In this document: positions 61,552 through 64,000 of the stretch, one piece after another
Layout of the letters: every line of letters starts with the position of its first letter
Numbering within the stretch: position 1 is the first letter of the stretch
Origin: Oscillospiraceae bacterium
GTDB lineage: Bacteria; Bacillota; Clostridia; Oscillospirales; Acutalibacteraceae
Reading direction: 5' to 3'
Assembly: GCA_902788995.1 (NCBI GenBank)
Contig: CADAMO010000001.1
Span: 8,746-72,745 of the forward strand
Length of the DNA stretch: 64,000 bases
Program-made: the position numbers and the translations under genes
The notes under the pieces: generated by a model
What the model was told of the DNA's origin: nothing
Database searches by the model: none
The model's input: only the letters and a program-made list of their open reading frames with translations

Positions 61552-62680
61552 GCACTGGAAATATCTGCGGTTCCTCGTGATTCCCGCGGCGATCCTGCTG
61601 GCGGGCGGCGTCATTTATTTTATCACCGACACAGTTTCCGACGGAGTGTTGGCGGACTGGCTTTCCCGGCGGTTCGCCTATGAAACGACGGAGCAGGACG
61701 GCGACGTGGTGCGCATCGTCCAGTGGATCAGCTGGGACGCCGTGAAAGCCTATATCACCAACGCGCTTGTTGTGCTGGCGCTGCTCGGCTCGTGGATCGG
61801 CATCGTTGTGCACGACGTGGTCCGGCAGCGCACCCGCCGCAAACACGCCCGGGAGCTGGCGGCCCATTTGCAGCGCTATCTTTTAGAAGAAGATCCGCTG
61901 CCCGCGGAGCTGCCGCCGGACGACGCGGAGGTTTTCTCCAAAATTGCCGACGCACGGCTGAAAATGGACCGGGAAAAGGCGCTGCTGCGGGAGGAATCCC
62001 AGAAGAAAAACGATCTGGTCACCTACCTGGCCCACGACCTGAAAACGCCCCTTACCAGTGTGATCGGCTACCTGACCCTGCTGCGGGACGCGCCGGATAT
62101 GCCCGCCGCCCAGCGGGCGAAATACACCGGCGTGGCGCTGAAAAAAGCCCAGCGGCTGGAGGAGCTGGCGGCGGAGATGTTCGAGATCACCCGCTTCAAC
62201 CTCTCTTCCGTCGAGCTGTCGCCGGAGGACGTGAACCTCTCCCGGATGCTGGAACAGCTTGCCTCTGAATTCCTGCCGCTGCTGGCGGAAAAGAACCTGC
62301 GGATCGAGACGGACATCGCCCCGGAGGTCCGCTGCTTCTGCGACGTGGAAAAGACCGAGCGCATCATTGACAACCTGCTGCGCAACGCGGTCAATTACAG
62401 CTATCCGGATTCCGCCATCACCCTGACCCTGACGCGGGAAGGGGAAACCGTGAAGATCGTGACGGAAAACCGCTGCCGGACCATCCCGCCGGAAAAGCTG
62501 AAACGGATCTTCGAGCGGTTCTACCGGCTGGACGCAGCCCGGGGGAGCGAAACCGGCGGCAGCGGCCTTGGCCTTGCCATCGCCCGGCAGTTGACGGAAG
62601 CCCAGGGCGGCACGATCGCCGCCGAGAGCGAAAACGGGACCGTCCGCTTCACCGTCACCCTGCCCGTCAGAAAATCGTAA
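61544..62680 (+). CDS. Sensor histidine kinase (VanS-like)
   Basis: Two N-terminal TM segments, H-box LVTYLAHDLKTPLTS, N/G boxes (..NLLRNAVNYS.., GGSGLGLAIAR). 8-nt overlap with the regulator gene. Confidence 0.9.
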   Translation: MRKHWKYLRFLVIPAAILLAGGVIYFITDTVSDGVLADWLSRRFAYETTEQDGDVVRIVQWISWDAVKAYITNALVVLALLGSWIGIVVHDVVRQRTRRKHARELAAHLQRYLLEEDPLPAELPPDDAEVFSKIADARLKMDREKALLREESQKKNDLVTYLAHDLKTPLTSVIGYLTLLRDAPDMPAAQRAKYTGVALKKAQRLEELAAEMFEITRFNLSSVELSPEDVNLSRMLEQLASEFLPLLAEKNLRIETDIAPEVRCFCDVEKTERIIDNLLRNAVNYSYPDSAITLTLTREGETVKIVTENRCRTIPPEKLKRIFERFYRLDAARGSETGGSGLGLAIARQLTEAQGGTIAAESENGTVRFTVTLPVRKS

Positions 62681-62777
62681 GAATTTCGTCAGAAAAACGT
62701 CAGTTCCCCTTGATAAAAACCGAAAACAAACCTTCCCCCGTTGTGCTACCATATAGGCATAGCGGGGGACGCTTTTT

Positions 62778-62928
62778 GTAGCGCGGCACCTCAGTGCCGC
62801 TATTCGCCGGAGTTGCATTTCGGTAATCTGAAAGATAGGGATCATCGTTGTATTATCAGCGAAACCCTTGTTTTCAGTTCACAAAACAGTTGTTTGCGTT
62901 CCGAGCGGCACTGAGGTGCCGCGCTACC
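62778..62928 (+). repeat. REPIN-like doublet M5
   Basis: GTAGCGCGGCACCTCAGTGCCGC .. AAACAGTTGTT-N10-GCGGCACTGAGGTGCCGCGCTACC. Confidence 0.9.
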
Positions 62929-62940
62929 GCTTCCCGTACT

Positions 62941-63113
62941 TATTACTTCGGCAATTAAATAATTTGAAGAATGAACAACGGCTTTCTTATTGCCGAAGTA
63001 ATATTTCGCCATGTTTTTTGCCGTAAAACGGCAAAAAACGGCGTTATGATCGTATTATTAATGCGGCAAGACAACATCCTTTATTTCCAATTGTTTAATT
63101 GCCGCATTAATAA
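62941..63113 (+). promoter_or_regulatory. Three hairpins in the leader of the VanY-like gene
   Basis: TATTACTTCGGCAAT (62941-55) / ATTGCCGAAGTAATA (62989-63003). TTTTTTGCCG-TAAAA-CGGCAAAAAA (63014-38). TTATTAATGCGGCAA (63055-69) / TTGCCGCATTAATAA (63099-113). Confidence 0.6.
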
Positions 63114-63125
63114 GAAAGGTGTTTT

Positions 63126-63812
63126 ATGATGAACAAAAAACGCAATCTGACAAAGTATCTGCTGTGCGGCGCGGTGGTTCTGCTGATCCTCGCGTCCGCC
63201 GCCTTCTGCGGAATGGCGCGGGTCGGCGGCGGATCATCCGTGTTTTCTTTTCTCCGTTCGCCCCGGTATCAGGACGACTGGCGGCTGGTGCTGGTGAACG
63301 GGGACTGCGCCCTGCCAAAGGGCTTCGCGCCCCCACTGCTGACCCTTTCCAACGGGGAACGGGTGGACGAGCGTATCTATCCCGATCTGCAGCGGATGTT
63401 CGACGACGCCCGGGCGGCGGGCCTGTCGCCCTTCGTCCGGGCGGGGTACCGCACCGGGGCGGAACAGGAGCAGATCATGGAAAGCAAGGTGGACGAGCTG
63501 CTCCGGCAGGGCTGGCCGGAAAAGGCGGCGCGGAAGGAAGCCCGCCGCACGGTGGCACGGCCCGGTTACAGCGAGCATGAGCTGGGACTGGCGGTGGATA
63601 TCAACTCCCACACCTCGGACGAATGGCAATTGTACGAGTGGCTGGCGGAGAACGCCTGGCAATACGGCTTCATCCTGCGCTATCCGCAGGGGGCGGAGGA
63701 GATCACCGGCATCGATTATGAGCCGTGGCACTACCGTTACGTGGGCGCCGACGCCGCCCGGGCGATCCGGGAAACGGAATGCACGCTGGAAGAATACCTA
63801 GGCGCCGCCTGA
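63126..63812 (+). CDS. VanY-family D-alanyl-D-alanine carboxypeptidase (M15B)
   Basis: N-terminal anchor, SEHELGLAVDI and EPWHYRYVG motifs. Confidence 0.9.
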   Translation: MMNKKRNLTKYLLCGAVVLLILASAAFCGMARVGGGSSVFSFLRSPRYQDDWRLVLVNGDCALPKGFAPPLLTLSNGERVDERIYPDLQRMFDDARAAGLSPFVRAGYRTGAEQEQIMESKVDELLRQGWPEKAARKEARRTVARPGYSEHELGLAVDINSHTSDEWQLYEWLAENAWQYGFILRYPQGAEEITGIDYEPWHYRYVGADAARAIRETECTLEEYLGAA

Positions 63813-63869
63813 TTTAATTCTTTTTAAGGTTAAAACAACATAATAATCATATTATTCTTTGGAGGCCTT

Positions 63870-64000
63870 ATGATGAAAAGGATTACCGCGATATTGCTTA
63901 CGTTGTTTTGTGTGTATTGTCTGACCGGCTGCGGAAGCCGTTCCTTTTCCGAAGTGAAGATCGATTACGGCAAATCAGCGATTTATACCAAAGAGGAGAT
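63870..64000 (+). CDS. Lipoprotein, 3' end beyond window
   Basis: GGAGG at 63861-65. MMKRITAILLTLFCVYCLTGCGS lipobox. Open to the window end. Confidence 0.7.
   Translation, partial: MMKRITAILLTLFCVYCLTGCGSRSFSEVKIDYGKSAIYTKEE

Noticed and set aside
42173-62928. The possibility that the repeated 23-24-nt palindromic units form a CRISPR array.
   Set aside because: - The units occur as inverted pairs about 100 nt apart.
- The pairs are scattered over 20 kb between ordinary genes.
- There are no direct-repeat/spacer periodicity and no cas genes.
63014-63038. T6GCCG-TAAAA-CGGCA6 as an intrinsic terminator.
   Set aside because: The T-run is 5' and the A-run 3' of the stem on both strands, so neither orientation gives a 3' U-tail. 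I treat it only as a hairpin within the leader.

Overview
High-GC (about 58-60% G+C in lines I counted by eye) Clostridia-type chromosome segment. It looks like a spore former (spoIIP, gpr), carries a dockerin-bearing secreted protein, and has Gram-positive style AGGAGG ribosome-binding sites.

Layout:
- 2-21434: a roughly 21 kb ABC-transporter-dependent cell-wall/capsular glycopolymer locus. It holds five GT2 glycosyltransferases, an MBOAT plus DltD-like O-acylation pair, DUF1919, an AsnB-like protein, a Wzm/TagG-like permease, a GtrA/GtrB/GT-C-like module, a UDP-GlcNAc 2-epimerase, a GT4, a Wzt/TagH-like ATPase, two ATP-grasp enzymes and two VanZ proteins.
- 21574-23050: an ECF sigma factor and a putative anti-sigma factor.
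- 23691-26160: spoIIP, gpr and the divergent rpsT.
- 26569-39008: secreted or lipoprotein genes of unknown function, interleaved with tcdA, DUF4091, an SDR and two membrane proteins.
- 39062-42054: greA, a class I LysRS and a chagasin-like inhibitor.
- 42358-52396, minus strand: a GH-like protein, a hypothetical protein, an FGGY kinase, recR, ybaB, dnaX, SRP RNA, rpmB and DUF1015.
- 52866-56824, minus strand: a family-5 substrate-binding protein (SBP), a GPH symporter and a zinc-ribbon membrane protein.
- 57435-64000: an HD protein, a GH29 fucosidase, an anion permease, a VanR/VanS-like pair and a VanY-like carboxypeptidase.

I found no tRNA, rRNA, CRISPR array, transposase, integrase or recognisable defence genes.

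The most unusual content is noncoding:
1. A family of hairpin cassettes whose arms are built from 4-5 tandem heptanucleotide units. The heptad sequence differs at each locus. One cassette carries a low-GC four-helix-bundle gene of the 23S rRNA intervening-sequence (IVS) protein / Avd family.
2. Five same-orientation REPIN-like doublets of a GTAG-plus-palindrome unit with non-homologous interiors, plus one solo unit.
3. A 63-nt structured element present twice, with compensatory base changes.

A low-GC module also starts inside the Wzt/TagH-like gene at its domain junction and brings in the two ATP-grasp genes.

All protein family calls come from reading the translations. No database search was run.
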